This document shows positions 21,023 through 31,796 of a stretch of DNA of 64,000 nucleotides, one piece after another (position 1 is the first letter of the stretch; each line of letters starts with the position of its first letter). A program made the translations under genes and the position numbers. Below the pieces are notes generated by a model. The model ran no database searches and was not told the origin of the DNA. It saw nothing but the letters and a program-made list of their open reading frames with translations. The stretch lies in the sequence record MN871440.1; one strand, 5' to 3'.

Positions 21023-22837
21023 TTAGTTCATGTTAATTGTTGCGCCACTAATTTGAGCGGTGCCTTGTGCTTCCATAGTAGCGTTGGCTCCTTTCATTTT
21101 GGCATTACCAGTTGCAGCGACATCATAGTTTCCCTTAACAGAGAGTTTATAATCGCCATCAACGTTAGCAGTCTGATTCCCTTTGATTCGCTGAGTCACA
21201 TTACCGTCAATAGATTGACCGACGTTCCCTTTGATTAACTGGTTAACGTTTCCATCAATAGATTCATCGACGTTACCATGAACAGTTTGAAACACGTTTC
21301 CGTCAATTGTTTCTGTCACGTTTCCTCTAATCAACTGAGTCATATTCCCATCAACAGTCTGTGTCACATTACCCATGTAATACAGTTCAGCATTACCCTC
21401 GATAACAACTTTCAGATTACCCTTGACATTCACGTTTCTACCGTTCTTGACGATCAAATAATCTTCGCCAACGATCTTGATTAATCTTGAGCCATCTGGT
21501 CGAATTTCTTCAAAAGTCCCAGTTGGGTGTTTTCTGTGATAACGCTCTTTGCCTGGAGTATCGTCAAACTCTTGAATATGTCCACTCTCAGACTCATAAA
21601 CGTGATTGTACGGATATTGAGCACCATAACTCGACTTTGGTTCCTCAAACATAATTCTCGATTTAGCTTCTACTGGCGGGTTTTCTGGATCATCACCAAC
21701 ATCTACAGCTTTAAAGCTCGCGGTTGACCCGCTGGCATCTTCTTTACTTCGCTTTGATAGCTTGGGTGCTGCATCTGGTACCATCACGCCATACGACTCT
21801 AGGTTGCCAGTAAGAATGATCTTTGCGACTCTCGCAGAACGACCGGGTGTTTGTCTAGCCCATAGTGAATCTCGCAATCCAGAATAAGCGGCTGGCCAAT
21901 CTTCTCTTGCCATTGCTGCTAATGTGTTCTTGAACTTAGCAAGACCACCCGCACCCATTTGGAAGCACATGTTCTCAATTGCCATCTGACGAGATCTATT
22001 GGCTTTCATATAGACTTGAGCGATGGAAGTGAATCGCATAATATCAGCTCGAACTTTATTCAAGTCTTGCGCAAATAACTTGCTTATTTCTTCTTTTGTA
22101 ATAGTCCCACCAGTAACAACTCGTCCAAGTTGAGCACTCAGAATAGAGTTGATGGTTACAAGATTGCTTGTATTCTGATGAATAATCAAATGTCCGATAC
22201 CGATAGTTGGGTAGCCTTCTGAGTCAAGATACCATTTATTCCGAACACCTTCATCTTGAACTAACATTTTCTCGATTGTGAAATTGGGATCATCATCAGC
22301 GACATAATCACCAACCGGCGTATCGTCTGGCTTAATCGCGATACCAGCGTTTTCGTTCTGAGTGTATACAGACAGTGGCGTCTCATCCTCACCAACCATG
22401 GCACCACTGCCGGTGCCGCCAGAACCAGCTTGACCACCACCCGCTAGAATATTGACATCGTTGCCAACATATCGAGGGTATTGACCATTCGGGTCGCTGA
22501 ATCCTTTACTAGAATCCGGTTTATTTTTGTAAATCCCAGGCAGAGATCCGATAATAACGCCATCTTGGCAGAACTTATCTCTGAAATATCCGACAACGTG
22601 TGAACCCTCTACTAATCCAGTTGGACTCTGACCAATGCCAGACATCGAAGCAGATGTAATAGGCATCATCGGATGCATCCACAACAGTTCATCAGTTGGA
22701 ATACCATCTACGTCATTTTTTGCTTTTTGATCGCTATGAATTCCCATTACACGAACGCGAACGCGACCGAGATCGAGTGGGTCGAAACGATCTTCGACCA
22801 CACCCTCAAACCATTTATAATTTAATCCGTAAAACAT
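21023..22837 (-). CDS. 5: baseplate hub/tail lysozyme gp5
   Basis: WFEGVVEDRFDPLDLGRVRVR OB-fold; DEGVRNKWYLDSEGYPTIGIGH lysozyme; C-terminal 8-residue beta-helix repeats. Confidence 0.97.
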   Translation of the reverse strand: MFYGLNYKWFEGVVEDRFDPLDLGRVRVRVMGIHSDQKAKNDVDGIPTDELLWMHPMMPITSASMSGIGQSPTGLVEGSHVVGYFRDKFCQDGVIIGSLPGIYKNKPDSSKGFSDPNGQYPRYVGNDVNILAGGGQAGSGGTGSGAMVGEDETPLSVYTQNENAGIAIKPDDTPVGDYVADDDPNFTIEKMLVQDEGVRNKWYLDSEGYPTIGIGHLIIHQNTSNLVTINSILSAQLGRVVTGGTITKEEISKLFAQDLNKVRADIMRFTSIAQVYMKANRSRQMAIENMCFQMGAGGLAKFKNTLAAMAREDWPAAYSGLRDSLWARQTPGRSARVAKIILTGNLESYGVMVPDAAPKLSKRSKEDASGSTASFKAVDVGDDPENPPVEAKSRIMFEEPKSSYGAQYPYNHVYESESGHIQEFDDTPGKERYHRKHPTGTFEEIRPDGSRLIKIVGEDYLIVKNGRNVNVKGNLKVVIEGNAELYYMGNVTQTVDGNMTQLIRGNVTETIDGNVFQTVHGNVDESIDGNVNQLIKGNVGQSIDGNVTQRIKGNQTANVDGDYKLSVKGNYDVAATGNAKMKGANATMEAQGTAQISGATINMN

Positions 22838-24063
22838 TATGTTCTCCTAATGTCAGAATCACTCAATAATTCCAGGTCCATTGTATATCTTTCTCTTGTC
22901 ATGATATGACGAATGGAAAACACCAGCCATTTGCCTGTGTCTCTCATGTTATTATTCCCACCCATACTTGGAACTTTCAAGTCAATGACATTACCACTTG
23001 TGATATCTGTATTTCCGCCAATGCGAGCGAATGCGCGTTTAGCGTTTAAGTTTGCTCTATTTACACGTTGAATACCAAGACTGTTACCATTTGATCCCAT
23101 GTTCAAGAATTGATACATCTGATCTTCACAGCTCATTACTACACAAGCTTTACGATTGTTCCCGATAGTACCACCGTACCATTTGTCGGTGTTGAGAGTT
23201 TTATAAACATCTTTCACACTCTCGACCTCAAGAGGTGTGACTTTATAACTCTTGTCAACAAGACTATTCGAAATAACAGTTAATCCAAATGCACCACTTC
23301 TGGCTTGATCTCTCAAGTTATATCCGCGATCACGAACAAACTTAATGACTTTGCCATTAAAATTTTGATCGCTTGTCATGCTATAAACATAACTCGCAAC
23401 GGGATCGGTATTAACAAGACTTGACCCACTAACAAAGTTAACAGCGTCTCTATTTTCAAAGAAATAGAAATTACTATCGCCTTTACTTGTGGACTCTCCA
23501 GACTGAGAGTTATCAACCAAATGCGAAATCACCTCAACTGGTGTAATATTTGGGATCACGATGTCTTTGTTATAAAGCGTTTGCTCAACCTTGATCTGAT
23601 CTTCTCTATATCCAAGCAATTTCAGCATATCAGCCACGATAATATGAGTACCAACACTTGAATAAGACTTAGACACTCGAACAAAATCATTCTCTACCGA
23701 TCCAGCACTCTCAAAATGAAACTCAATTAACCCACGATTCATCGTGTTTGCATCTGTCAACTCTTTATAAGAGTTAATACGAAACAACTTGGTGAACTTT
23801 TTGCCGGGACTTCCACCCGGATATTTGTGATAAAAACTTAGTTCGATGTATTCATCGCCACGTGGGTTCATTGCACTATCCAAAAAGTCCATATCGTTCT
23901 TGATTGTAAGAACGCCAGTCATGAATCCTTTTGTCATTCCCTCGTTTATTTCCAACGAGTAGAAAGCTTCACTGGCTTCATAGCCAGTGTCGCCTTGCAT
24001 AATAAGAATACGCTCGATTGTGAAGTTCTCTAAGGAACTGGCACTAACTCTTTCAACTGCCAC
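22837..24063 (-). CDS. baseplate hub protein (gp27-like)
   Basis: About 400 aa between 53 and 5; FYFFEN...F.S and G.WLV.SIRH motifs of the gp27/VgrG-N type hub. Confidence 0.7.
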   Translation of the reverse strand: MAVERVSASSLENFTIERILIMQGDTGYEASEAFYSLEINEGMTKGFMTGVLTIKNDMDFLDSAMNPRGDEYIELSFYHKYPGGSPGKKFTKLFRINSYKELTDANTMNRGLIEFHFESAGSVENDFVRVSKSYSSVGTHIIVADMLKLLGYREDQIKVEQTLYNKDIVIPNITPVEVISHLVDNSQSGESTSKGDSNFYFFENRDAVNFVSGSSLVNTDPVASYVYSMTSDQNFNGKVIKFVRDRGYNLRDQARSGAFGLTVISNSLVDKSYKVTPLEVESVKDVYKTLNTDKWYGGTIGNNRKACVVMSCEDQMYQFLNMGSNGNSLGIQRVNRANLNAKRAFARIGGNTDITSGNVIDLKVPSMGGNNNMRDTGKWLVFSIRHIMTRERYTMDLELLSDSDIRRT

Positions 24064-24619
24064 GACGTACTTTCTCCATTCGTCTGGTCAACATATCGAG
24101 AAACGTTTGCAGATCGCTCGGACTCAGAATGAGAATATTACGCTTGTTCTCATTCTCGTTTAGTTCGTGCTCAATAGCACTAACGGGTGCTAATGCTCCA
24201 GTGTGCTGGATAAAGCGATGCGCTGTGTCTCCGATGTCATACCAGTTTTTAGAACCGACTGGGAATTCAGTCAGTCTCCAATAAACCTTACCATTTGCAT
24301 CTACGTGATAAAGAACTGTGTTTTCTTTATCAGGCATGTTTTTATATTTCTGAATAGCAGAGCTGTGTACCTGTTCTTGAGACTTAATCCATCCGTGAAA
24401 TGGGTCATAGATGTTATTAAGCATCAACAAGATCCAATAATAGTTTACGTCGCCATATAGATTATGCGCTAATAGCTCGGGTCTGGGGTCACCAGAAACG
24501 AAATACTTGCGCAACACAAAGCTACCAGCTACTTCGTTAAAATATTTGCCATAGCTCTTGAAAATATTAGCTGTTGGTATACCGTTATATTTGATTGGGT
24601 CAAAAAATTGCATCAACAT
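24053..24619 (-). CDS. 53: baseplate wedge gp53
   Basis: FFDPIKY; RPELLAHNLYGDVNYYWILLMLNNIYDPF; HELNENENKRNI. Confidence 0.95.
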   Translation of the reverse strand: MLMQFFDPIKYNGIPTANIFKSYGKYFNEVAGSFVLRKYFVSGDPRPELLAHNLYGDVNYYWILLMLNNIYDPFHGWIKSQEQVHSSAIQKYKNMPDKENTVLYHVDANGKVYWRLTEFPVGSKNWYDIGDTAHRFIQHTGALAPVSAIEHELNENENKRNILILSPSDLQTFLDMLTRRMEKVRRGS

Positions 24620-25692
24620 TATTTGCTATCCTTACCACTAAATGAACCAAAGAAGAATTGTCCAGAGTCCTGTCCACCCAAGTTGGCAGTCAACGATTCC
24701 CAATATTCTCTGAAAACTGGGCGCAGTTCTGTGAATGTCAGCTCAAGATCAATTGCAATAGGATCACCAGCGGTACCAGCGAACGAGTTGTAAATCTGTT
24801 CTGGCGTGCTTGTGATTCGAATATTCGACAACGCACAGGGCCCCATTGCGAATTTTGGAGTGTATCTGATCTCGGCAACATCAGACTGACTATTAACACG
24901 CTCTTCCAAATACCACAGAGGTGGCACTTTTAGAACTTGAATACTTTCTGTACCGCCTGTATTACCAGCTTCGGTTTTCAGTGATGTAGCAGCACCGCCG
25001 ATTTTATCGAGCATCTGATTGACAGATGTCACTCCAGCATTTGACGGCGAACTATAGATTAAGAACGCACGAATAATTTGTCCAACTTCTTTGAGTTCAG
25101 CAACGTTTTTTGGTCGAAAGTTATACAAGAATGTCTGAGTTCTAAGTGATGTATTTTTATACATATTAGCAGAGCGATTCCCAAGAACTTTGCCGGAGAT
25201 CTGTGAGTTGTATTGTTGTGATGCTTTACCAATATTAACACTGATTTGTTGCATTGCGGTTGTCATGAATGCGTTGCCAAGATCTTTCGCGCCCTCGATA
25301 ACACCGGAGCCCGCGGAGCCCGCATAATTCATTGCCATATCCTGCAAGAAACCGCCGTCATTATCGCTATATTCGTGACTGACGTTTTGGTTTAAGTTCG
25401 GCATATACATTTGAATGACTGCTAATGTCTTTTCGTTGAACTTACCAGTAACGCTGTTCAGACTTCGTTTTTGAATATCAGCGTTTGATAGTCCTTGTCC
25501 CATTGCTTCGACGCAATAGAAACATAGATAGTTTTTGTGTCGCTCTATTTCGCCTTTCATGGCCAATGGATATTGTAGAGCTTGAATGCCAGCATCGCCG
25601 GCGGGTGAACTCAGAAAGTTGCCGATGAATTTACCAGCAGCATCCGAGATCGTCTTCACGCCATTATTGAGCATGGTGATTTTCTGTGCCAT
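24619..25692 (-). CDS. 48: baseplate-tail tube junction gp48
   Basis: LQYP, IQMYMP, RTQTFLYNFRPKNVAE, IDLELTFTEL motifs. Confidence 0.8.
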   Translation of the reverse strand: MAQKITMLNNGVKTISDAAGKFIGNFLSSPAGDAGIQALQYPLAMKGEIERHKNYLCFYCVEAMGQGLSNADIQKRSLNSVTGKFNEKTLAVIQMYMPNLNQNVSHEYSDNDGGFLQDMAMNYAGSAGSGVIEGAKDLGNAFMTTAMQQISVNIGKASQQYNSQISGKVLGNRSANMYKNTSLRTQTFLYNFRPKNVAELKEVGQIIRAFLIYSSPSNAGVTSVNQMLDKIGGAATSLKTEAGNTGGTESIQVLKVPPLWYLEERVNSQSDVAEIRYTPKFAMGPCALSNIRITSTPEQIYNSFAGTAGDPIAIDLELTFTELRPVFREYWESLTANLGGQDSGQFFFGSFSGKDSK

Positions 25693-25714
25693 TATTAACG
25701 ACTCCTTTTATGAT

Positions 25715-25728
25715 TATTTAGCTAAATA
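25715..25728. promoter_or_regulatory. back-to-back late promoters (TATTTAG|CTAAATA palindrome)
   Basis: Perfect 14-bp palindrome between divergent genes 48 and 4. Confidence 0.7.
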
Positions 25729-25746
25729 CATATAAAGAGGTTAATT

Positions 25747-26217
25747 ATGTCACAAGCATACAAGGGTAAATTTGTACCCGAAAATAAAGAAAAATACAGA
25801 GGTGATTACTCCAAAATCACATACAGAAGTAGCTGGGAGCTTTTTATCATGAAAATGCTTGATAGAAACACAGAAGTTAAATGGTGGGGAAGTGAGATCA
25901 CAGTAATACCTTATTTCTCAGAATCAGATGGAAAGAAAAGAAGATATTTTATTGATATGACTATCTGTTGGAAAGACGGTAACATTTCACTCTGGGAAGT
26001 CAAGCCAGCCGCAGAGACTCGTCCGCCTGCTATACCATCACGAAATACAGCAGCAGCAAAGAAACGATTCGCGGATCAAGTTTATACTTGGGGTGTGAAT
26101 ACATCGAAATGGAAAGCGACAATCGATGTGTGTCAGAAAAAAGGTTGGAAATTTAATATCATAACCGAAGATGTTCTAAAGAGAATGGGATTTAAAGGAG
26201 TGAAGGATGATATTTGA
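25747..26217 (+). CDS. 4: head completion nuclease gp4
   Basis: AYKGKFVPENKEKYRGD...YRSSWE; WWGSE; RRYFID; EVKP. Confidence 0.95.
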   Translation: MSQAYKGKFVPENKEKYRGDYSKITYRSSWELFIMKMLDRNTEVKWWGSEITVIPYFSESDGKKRRYFIDMTICWKDGNISLWEVKPAAETRPPAIPSRNTAAAKKRFADQVYTWGVNTSKWKATIDVCQKKGWKFNIITEDVLKRMGFKGVKDDI

Positions 26218-27205
26218 AGAGATTGAAATTCCAGAGACTCCAGCAGAAAAACGAAATCGTTCTTCGTGGGTGGCGATTGGAGTGAAGTTCCTCGATGCTA
26301 AGAAAAAGACACCAAGCTTAACAGTCAAGAAGTTCGCAGACGACAACGGACTGAAATATGAAACGTTTGGTCGCGCTATGCGTCGATATAAAGACGACAT
26401 CAAGGAATATTATAGCGCGATTAACCCGAACAAAAATAAAGCTCAATGGGTAGAGTTGGGAGTTGCTTATCTGAGAGCGAAAGAAAAGGGAATGACTCCT
26501 GCGAAATTCGCAGCAGAAAAGAAACTCAATCAAGAGACAATGAGTAGAGCATTCAGAAAATTCAGGGATGATATTATCATCAAGAAGAATCTGGAAGACT
26601 CGATGAAAAATAAATCCAAGTTGACTGCGAAGCAGAAATATGATTTGTTGAAACAAGATTTCAACGCTCAAGTTAAATCAAGAACTCGGGACTCTGTTCA
26701 GAAGAATGAGAAAAAGTCCTCAGAATGGTTTAGCGACGTTATCAAGAAAAACGTTCGCGGTTTCAAACCGAATAAACCGACTATTGGAAAGCTTTATACT
26801 TACATATATGACGCGAAACATAAAGACACACTTCCATATTGGGACGTATATCCACTAATCGTATATCTTGGCCCAAGTCTGAGATACCCGGGATTGATGA
26901 TGGGTTTGAACTTGCACTATATTCCGCCGAAAGCTCGTAAAGACTTTTTGGAAGAATTGTTGAAATACGCAAGCACAGATCGTATTACCAACAAAACTAC
27001 GTTGAAGATTAACTGGGACAAGGTTAAATCGATGCGTGGTGCAGAGCATATGATCAAGGCATATATTCCTCAGAGAATTAAAGGTGGAATGATTGAGATC
27101 AAACCACAAGACTGGGTAAATGTTATCTACTTACCATCACAAAAATTTGTTTCTGGACCACAGAGCAAATCGTTTGGTGCGCAGAAAGTTTGGAAGGGTT
27201 ATTAA
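26207..27205 (+). CDS. 2: DNA end protector gp2
   Basis: YDAKHKDTLPYWDVYPL; GLNLHYIPP; duplicated N-terminal WVxLG...KFA repeat. Confidence 0.95.
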   Translation: MIFEEIEIPETPAEKRNRSSWVAIGVKFLDAKKKTPSLTVKKFADDNGLKYETFGRAMRRYKDDIKEYYSAINPNKNKAQWVELGVAYLRAKEKGMTPAKFAAEKKLNQETMSRAFRKFRDDIIIKKNLEDSMKNKSKLTAKQKYDLLKQDFNAQVKSRTRDSVQKNEKKSSEWFSDVIKKNVRGFKPNKPTIGKLYTYIYDAKHKDTLPYWDVYPLIVYLGPSLRYPGLMMGLNLHYIPPKARKDFLEELLKYASTDRITNKTTLKINWDKVKSMRGAEHMIKAYIPQRIKGGMIEIKPQDWVNVIYLPSQKFVSGPQSKSFGAQKVWKGY

Positions 27206-27212
27206 TTTACAC

Positions 27213-27237
27213 AAGGGCGGCATATGCCGCCTTTTTA
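27213..27237 (+). terminator. intrinsic terminator
   Basis: GGCGGCA-TA-TGCCGCC followed by a T-run. Confidence 0.7.
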
Positions 27238-27251
27238 TTAGGAGAATCATA

Positions 27252-28241
27252 ATGGGCTTATTAGATACAGCCGCAGGTTATATTAAAGAGATTCCCGGTA
27301 AGATTCCGGGATTAGCGAGTAAAGCGATGTCAGATGGCATTGATTACATTGCTGATAGATTAGCAGACGATCCAAATTCAACGCCGGACTTTGCTCGCTT
27401 CATGAGAGTGATTGAGAATAAAGATCTGGCTCGCGCCAATACGTTTCTGGTGCGCTTTGGTGACTTCCGCAGTGTAGCAGCGTCTGATGGTATTCTAAAT
27501 CATCTTGGACCTCTTGGTGATGCGATTGGTGGCGTCGGTGACGCAATCAACAAGTCAACTGGTGGTTTCTTTGGTGGTACAAGTTTTCAGTGGCATCGAA
27601 TTCAAGATATCGCGATGAATCAAGGGAAGAAACTGCTTAGTCCAAAGATCAAGAATATTATGGGGGCGATTGACCCAACATTAGTTAGAATGATTCCGGG
27701 TGCTGGTGAGTTGTTAGATGGTTTCTTGGGTTCTGATTATGATGTCAACCGAGATTTAGCGTTGATGGTAAAATCAGTCAACTTGCCGGGAACGAATTTC
27801 GATACGCAAGTCAATTATAACGAACGCAAGCCATTTACCGAAGTAAGAAACAGATCAGTCGATAACATCAGAATGACTTTCTATTGTTCGTCCGATTATG
27901 CAGAGCGTATTTGGTTCTTAACTTGGATGAACTCTATTCATAATCCGAAGAACGGGACATTCGGGTTTTATAGCAACTATGCGAGAGATATCGATATTGT
28001 GACATTGAACAGACGAGGTGTAATGACATCGGTTGTTCATAGCGATGGATGTTTCCCAGTTCATGTTGGCGATGTTCAGCTTGATTATGAGAATAATAAT
28101 CAAATCGCTACCTTTGAAGTAGAGTTCACGGTCAGTACCATGACACAAGCAGCACATGCTGGTAAAGATAATCTGGTCAATAGTGTTGAGTCCTTCTATA
28201 ATCGTGCTAAAGGCATGATTCGTGGGATCAAAAACGCATAA
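27252..28241 (+). CDS. 54: baseplate tail tube initiator gp54
   Basis: KDLARANTFLV; MVKSVNLPG; CFPVHVGDVQLDYENNNQIATFEVEF (gp19-like fold). Confidence 0.85.
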   Translation: MGLLDTAAGYIKEIPGKIPGLASKAMSDGIDYIADRLADDPNSTPDFARFMRVIENKDLARANTFLVRFGDFRSVAASDGILNHLGPLGDAIGGVGDAINKSTGGFFGGTSFQWHRIQDIAMNQGKKLLSPKIKNIMGAIDPTLVRMIPGAGELLDGFLGSDYDVNRDLALMVKSVNLPGTNFDTQVNYNERKPFTEVRNRSVDNIRMTFYCSSDYAERIWFLTWMNSIHNPKNGTFGFYSNYARDIDIVTLNRRGVMTSVVHSDGCFPVHVGDVQLDYENNNQIATFEVEFTVSTMTQAAHAGKDNLVNSVESFYNRAKGMIRGIKNA

Positions 28242-28274
28242 TCAGTTGACAACGGTACAAATAGTATACTTCTC

Positions 28275-28348
28275 TAGGAAGTCGCGCCAGCGACTGCGTA
28301 GCTAACCTATTGAAATTAAAGGTGAAGAGAAGATAGATCTTCATTAAA
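28275..28348 (+). repeat. 74-bp intergenic element, copy 1
   Basis: 32-nt and 25-nt blocks, 17 nt apart, identical to 57625-57698. Confidence 0.9.
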
Positions 28349-28422
28349 GGTATATAAGGAACTTTATCTTAAAAAATCGACACGATTTATCTAAATAAGT
28401 TTACAAAACGAAGGAGTTATGA

Positions 28423-29199
28423 ATGGCTAAGTTCACTAAAGATATGCTATTGGAAGCAGTTCAACAATCATCTGTCAAGCTGTCTAATGGTAAAAAAATG
28501 AAAGTACGTGCTTTCTTAATGAAAGAGTACAAAATTATGATGTTGGCTAATGAGAGCGAATCTTCTATGGAAGACGCAATGATGCAGGTATTGAAAAATT
28601 GCATTGTAGATAATGCTGGTATCGACGTAGAGACGTTGCCGATCTTTGACATAGAGACGTTATACTTGACAGTATGGAAGCTGTCTAAGGGCACCTCAGT
28701 GGTTCCTGTGTCGTTTATCTGTCAGAACATGGTTGACGAACTTGACGACGAAGGTAATCCGGTTATGCATGGAGATCACGTTGCGCAACGTCAGTGCTCA
28801 ACGCCGATTAAAGTCAACGCTAACTTGGCTCGCGCTAAGTTGTCAAGAGTTCCAGAGAGCATGATTAAACTGAGTGACAAGATTAATGTCAAGATGCGCT
28901 ATCCAACCGTATATGAATCTGAATTCTTTAACGTAGAAAAAGAGTCAGATCTATTTGATATCACAATGCGCTGTGTCGAAGAAGTTCACATGAACGGCGA
29001 GATTATGAAAGTCGGAGAAGATATTCAGCCGAATGAGTTGATCGAATTGCTGGATTATATTGATGCGAACGGCTATGAAAAAATGGCTAAGTTTGTAAAC
29101 GATATTCCACAGACGACTCTTGATGTTGCTGTTAAATGTCCACACTGCGGTCATTCAGAGGCGTATACATTGCGAGGATTGTCTGATTTTTTCGATTGA
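28423..29199 (+). CDS. 26: baseplate hub assembly protein gp26
   Basis: VRAFLMKEYKIMM; LPIFDIETLY; MRYPT; CPHCGH...LRGLSDFF. Confidence 0.9.
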   Translation: MAKFTKDMLLEAVQQSSVKLSNGKKMKVRAFLMKEYKIMMLANESESSMEDAMMQVLKNCIVDNAGIDVETLPIFDIETLYLTVWKLSKGTSVVPVSFICQNMVDELDDEGNPVMHGDHVAQRQCSTPIKVNANLARAKLSRVPESMIKLSDKINVKMRYPTVYESEFFNVEKESDLFDITMRCVEEVHMNGEIMKVGEDIQPNELIELLDYIDANGYEKMAKFVNDIPQTTLDVAVKCPHCGHSEAYTLRGLSDFFD

Positions 29200-29369
29200 C
29201 CCTCGTTAATGATTCGATTTACGATCTATTCACCGTAAATTTCGAAATGCATAAAGAGGGATGGGCAATTGACGAGTTGGAATTAACAACTCCTTTTGAA
29301 CGTGCCATTTATCGTACTCTATTCGTTAATGACAGAAATAAACGAGCTAAGGAGGCTAGTGAGTCATGA
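29196..29369 (+). CDS. 51: baseplate hub assembly catalyst gp51 (not in the ORF track)
   Basis: TTG start overlapping the gene 26 stop; MTLVNDSIYDLFTVNFEMHKEGWAIDELELTTPFERAIY. Confidence 0.7.
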   Translation: MTLVNDSIYDLFTVNFEMHKEGWAIDELELTTPFERAIYRTLFVNDRNKRAKEASES

Positions 29370-31222
29370 AAGAATCAAATGAAATCTTAGAAGACTCTAG
29401 TTTGAAGCTCGCTGTTCAGCTTGATGATACCAGAAAACAAGCAAGAGACTTAGAAACGGCATTCGATATGACTACCGATTCGAGTCTCGATGTTGCTAAA
29501 GCGGAAGACAAGTTGGTCAAGTCAATTACAGATAAGACCAAAGCAACAGAACGAGCTACCGAGTATATTGATACGGTAGCTTATTCTCAACGCAATAGCG
29601 CGGCAATAGAGGACGATTATCAAAAGGCATTACAGCGTAGAACAGAGTTAGAAAATAAGATCAGTAAACAATCTCCGATTGTTAGATATTCGGAACAAGT
29701 TGCTAGTGGTGAAAGTCAACCGACATCGCCAGATACAGCGCCTGAGCCGTCGCCTGCCAAGCCCGCTGATGATGTTGATGCAGCACTAGCGAAGTATCTC
29801 AAAGAGCGCGGTATGACGTCCAGAAAAGAACGGGACGACAAACGAGTTAGCGACAAGAAAGACAAAGATGCCAAGATGAATTTCATTGTTCGTGAAGTTC
29901 GCGACGCCGGAATCGCTGGAATTCAATATATTGCCAAAGGTGCAATGAGCACAGTTAGCAACGCGATTGGTACAATGGTGTCTGGTGTTGAAAGTGCTGT
30001 GTTCAAAGATATTCCCGGATATGGCATGGCTAAAGGTGCTGTACTCGGTGCCGCTGGCGCGACTGGTAAAATGGTCAAGACTGGTGGAAGTAAGCTTATT
30101 GAGAAATATAAAGAGAGTAGCTTTCAACGAGACAAGCAGAAAGAGATCAGTAAGTTTCACGAAGAACGTGGTACATCTGGTCAAGAACGAACTCAAGATG
30201 AACAAGCTAATACCGAGGCTAAAGAACAGAAACAAGAGAGAAACGAAAACAGACAAGAACGTGGCGAGAACGACAAACGTCATAAATCGTTAATCACTGT
30301 GTTGAAAGATCTTGGTAAAATGATCTTGATCGGTGGTATTATGAAAATGTTCAGCGGTTTGTTGGGTAGTCTTTCTATGTTGGGAACTGGTCTATTCTCT
30401 CGATTTGGATTATTGATTACGACTCTTGGTGGTTTAGCTGCTAAATTTGCTGGTGCGATGAAAACAGCATTGGCTGGTATGTTCGACAAAGTATTCCCAG
30501 ATTTCAAAAAGAAAATGGGAAAAACTCCAGACGTTGATAAGAATGGAAAACCAAAACCGAAACCCGATGTTGATGCCGATGGTAAAACAAAGACTGATGC
30601 AAAAGGGAAACCAAAGCCTAATGTTGAAATTGACGCTGATGGGAAACCGAAGACAGTTGAACCCGGAAAGCCAAATGCACCAGAAATGAAACCGGGTAAA
30701 GCTCTTGGCGAAGCTGCGGAGACTGTAGAAGGTAAAGCTGGGTCAAAAGCCGCTGCCGCTGGAACAAAAGGCGTTATGGAGAGACTCGGCGGGAAAGCTG
30801 CATTAAAAGGAGCTGCTAAAGTTGTCGGTTCTGTCGCTGCTAGATTTATCCCATTCGTTGGTACGGCATTATTGCTTAGTGATCTGTATGACATCGCGGA
30901 TTATGTATCTGGTGGCAAAGTCACCGAAATGGTAGAAGATGCTGGATCGGCTATTAAAGAGAAATTATCTCCGGTTGCTAATATTCAAAGTGGCATGGCA
31001 CCAGAAAGTGCTTCTGTAGAACAGAGTGGCGAAAATCTGAAACGCGCTGAGACTGAAAAGAAAGAGCGCGACCGTCAGAGAGAAGCTGCCGCAACTCAAG
31101 CAAGAATGGCAATGGTCAGTAATGTGAGCAACAATAATACCAGCGTCTATACCAGCGGATTTGGGTTCCAGTCAGATCACCCATATTCCAACTCAACACC
31201 ACATGGAGTACAAAATAGATGA
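29366..31222 (+). CDS. tail length/hub protein (gp29-like tape measure)
   Basis: Long helical, Gly/Ala-rich and low-complexity protein following 26-51. Confidence 0.6.
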   Translation: MKESNEILEDSSLKLAVQLDDTRKQARDLETAFDMTTDSSLDVAKAEDKLVKSITDKTKATERATEYIDTVAYSQRNSAAIEDDYQKALQRRTELENKISKQSPIVRYSEQVASGESQPTSPDTAPEPSPAKPADDVDAALAKYLKERGMTSRKERDDKRVSDKKDKDAKMNFIVREVRDAGIAGIQYIAKGAMSTVSNAIGTMVSGVESAVFKDIPGYGMAKGAVLGAAGATGKMVKTGGSKLIEKYKESSFQRDKQKEISKFHEERGTSGQERTQDEQANTEAKEQKQERNENRQERGENDKRHKSLITVLKDLGKMILIGGIMKMFSGLLGSLSMLGTGLFSRFGLLITTLGGLAAKFAGAMKTALAGMFDKVFPDFKKKMGKTPDVDKNGKPKPKPDVDADGKTKTDAKGKPKPNVEIDADGKPKTVEPGKPNAPEMKPGKALGEAAETVEGKAGSKAAAAGTKGVMERLGGKAALKGAAKVVGSVAARFIPFVGTALLLSDLYDIADYVSGGKVTEMVEDAGSAIKEKLSPVANIQSGMAPESASVEQSGENLKRAETEKKERDRQREAAATQARMAMVSNVSNNNTSVYTSGFGFQSDHPYSNSTPHGVQNR

Positions 31223-31788
31223 TTCACAGTAACCCAGCTCATGTAACGAACTTTAGATTGGATATTCCAGACTCTGGTGGTACCATTGCGTTTGAAATGG
31301 CAGTGCAGGGGGTCGCGATCCCCGGCATTAATATCAACCCAATCGAAATTCCAGTTAACCCAATGACAGTCGGTAAAATACCCGGAACTGCCGTTGACTT
31401 TGAGCCGCTGAATATTAGAGTGCTCATGGACGAGAATCTATCCGCATATGTGGAAGTTTACAAATGGATGCTTTCTGTAGTAGACTATGCAAAGATGAAC
31501 AGCACAGCACAGATTGATGGAACAGTTCCTCGAACTCTGTTGTTGCACGTTTTAGACAACTCAAAGAAAAAGATCGTACTAACGTTCAAGTTTATTGATG
31601 CTTGGCCCTCTAATTTGGGTGAAGTTGAATTTACTTATACGGACGAGAGTAATAGTCCTATTGTGTTGCCTGTAACATTTATGTATAAGTCGTTTGTGAT
31701 TGAGAAAGACGGGATTGAAATTAGACCGTACATCGCTGGCTCAAACGGCAGTGCACCTAAATTACACCCATTTTATTCTCACGCATAA
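31219..31788 (+). CDS. 3: tail completion/sheath stabiliser gp3
   Basis: NFRLDIPD; QGVAIPGI; FEPLNIRVLMDENL..Y.EVYKWM. Confidence 0.9.
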   Translation: MIHSNPAHVTNFRLDIPDSGGTIAFEMAVQGVAIPGININPIEIPVNPMTVGKIPGTAVDFEPLNIRVLMDENLSAYVEVYKWMLSVVDYAKMNSTAQIDGTVPRTLLLHVLDNSKKKIVLTFKFIDAWPSNLGEVEFTYTDESNSPIVLPVTFMYKSFVIEKDGIEIRPYIAGSNGSAPKLHPFYSHA

Positions 31789-31796
31789 GGCTTATA

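Noticed and set aside
30516-30700. Lys/Pro/Asp repeats in the gp29-like protein as a distinct repeat system
   Set aside because: Low-complexity linkers of this kind are common in tape-measure-like proteins, and the DNA repeats are degenerate.
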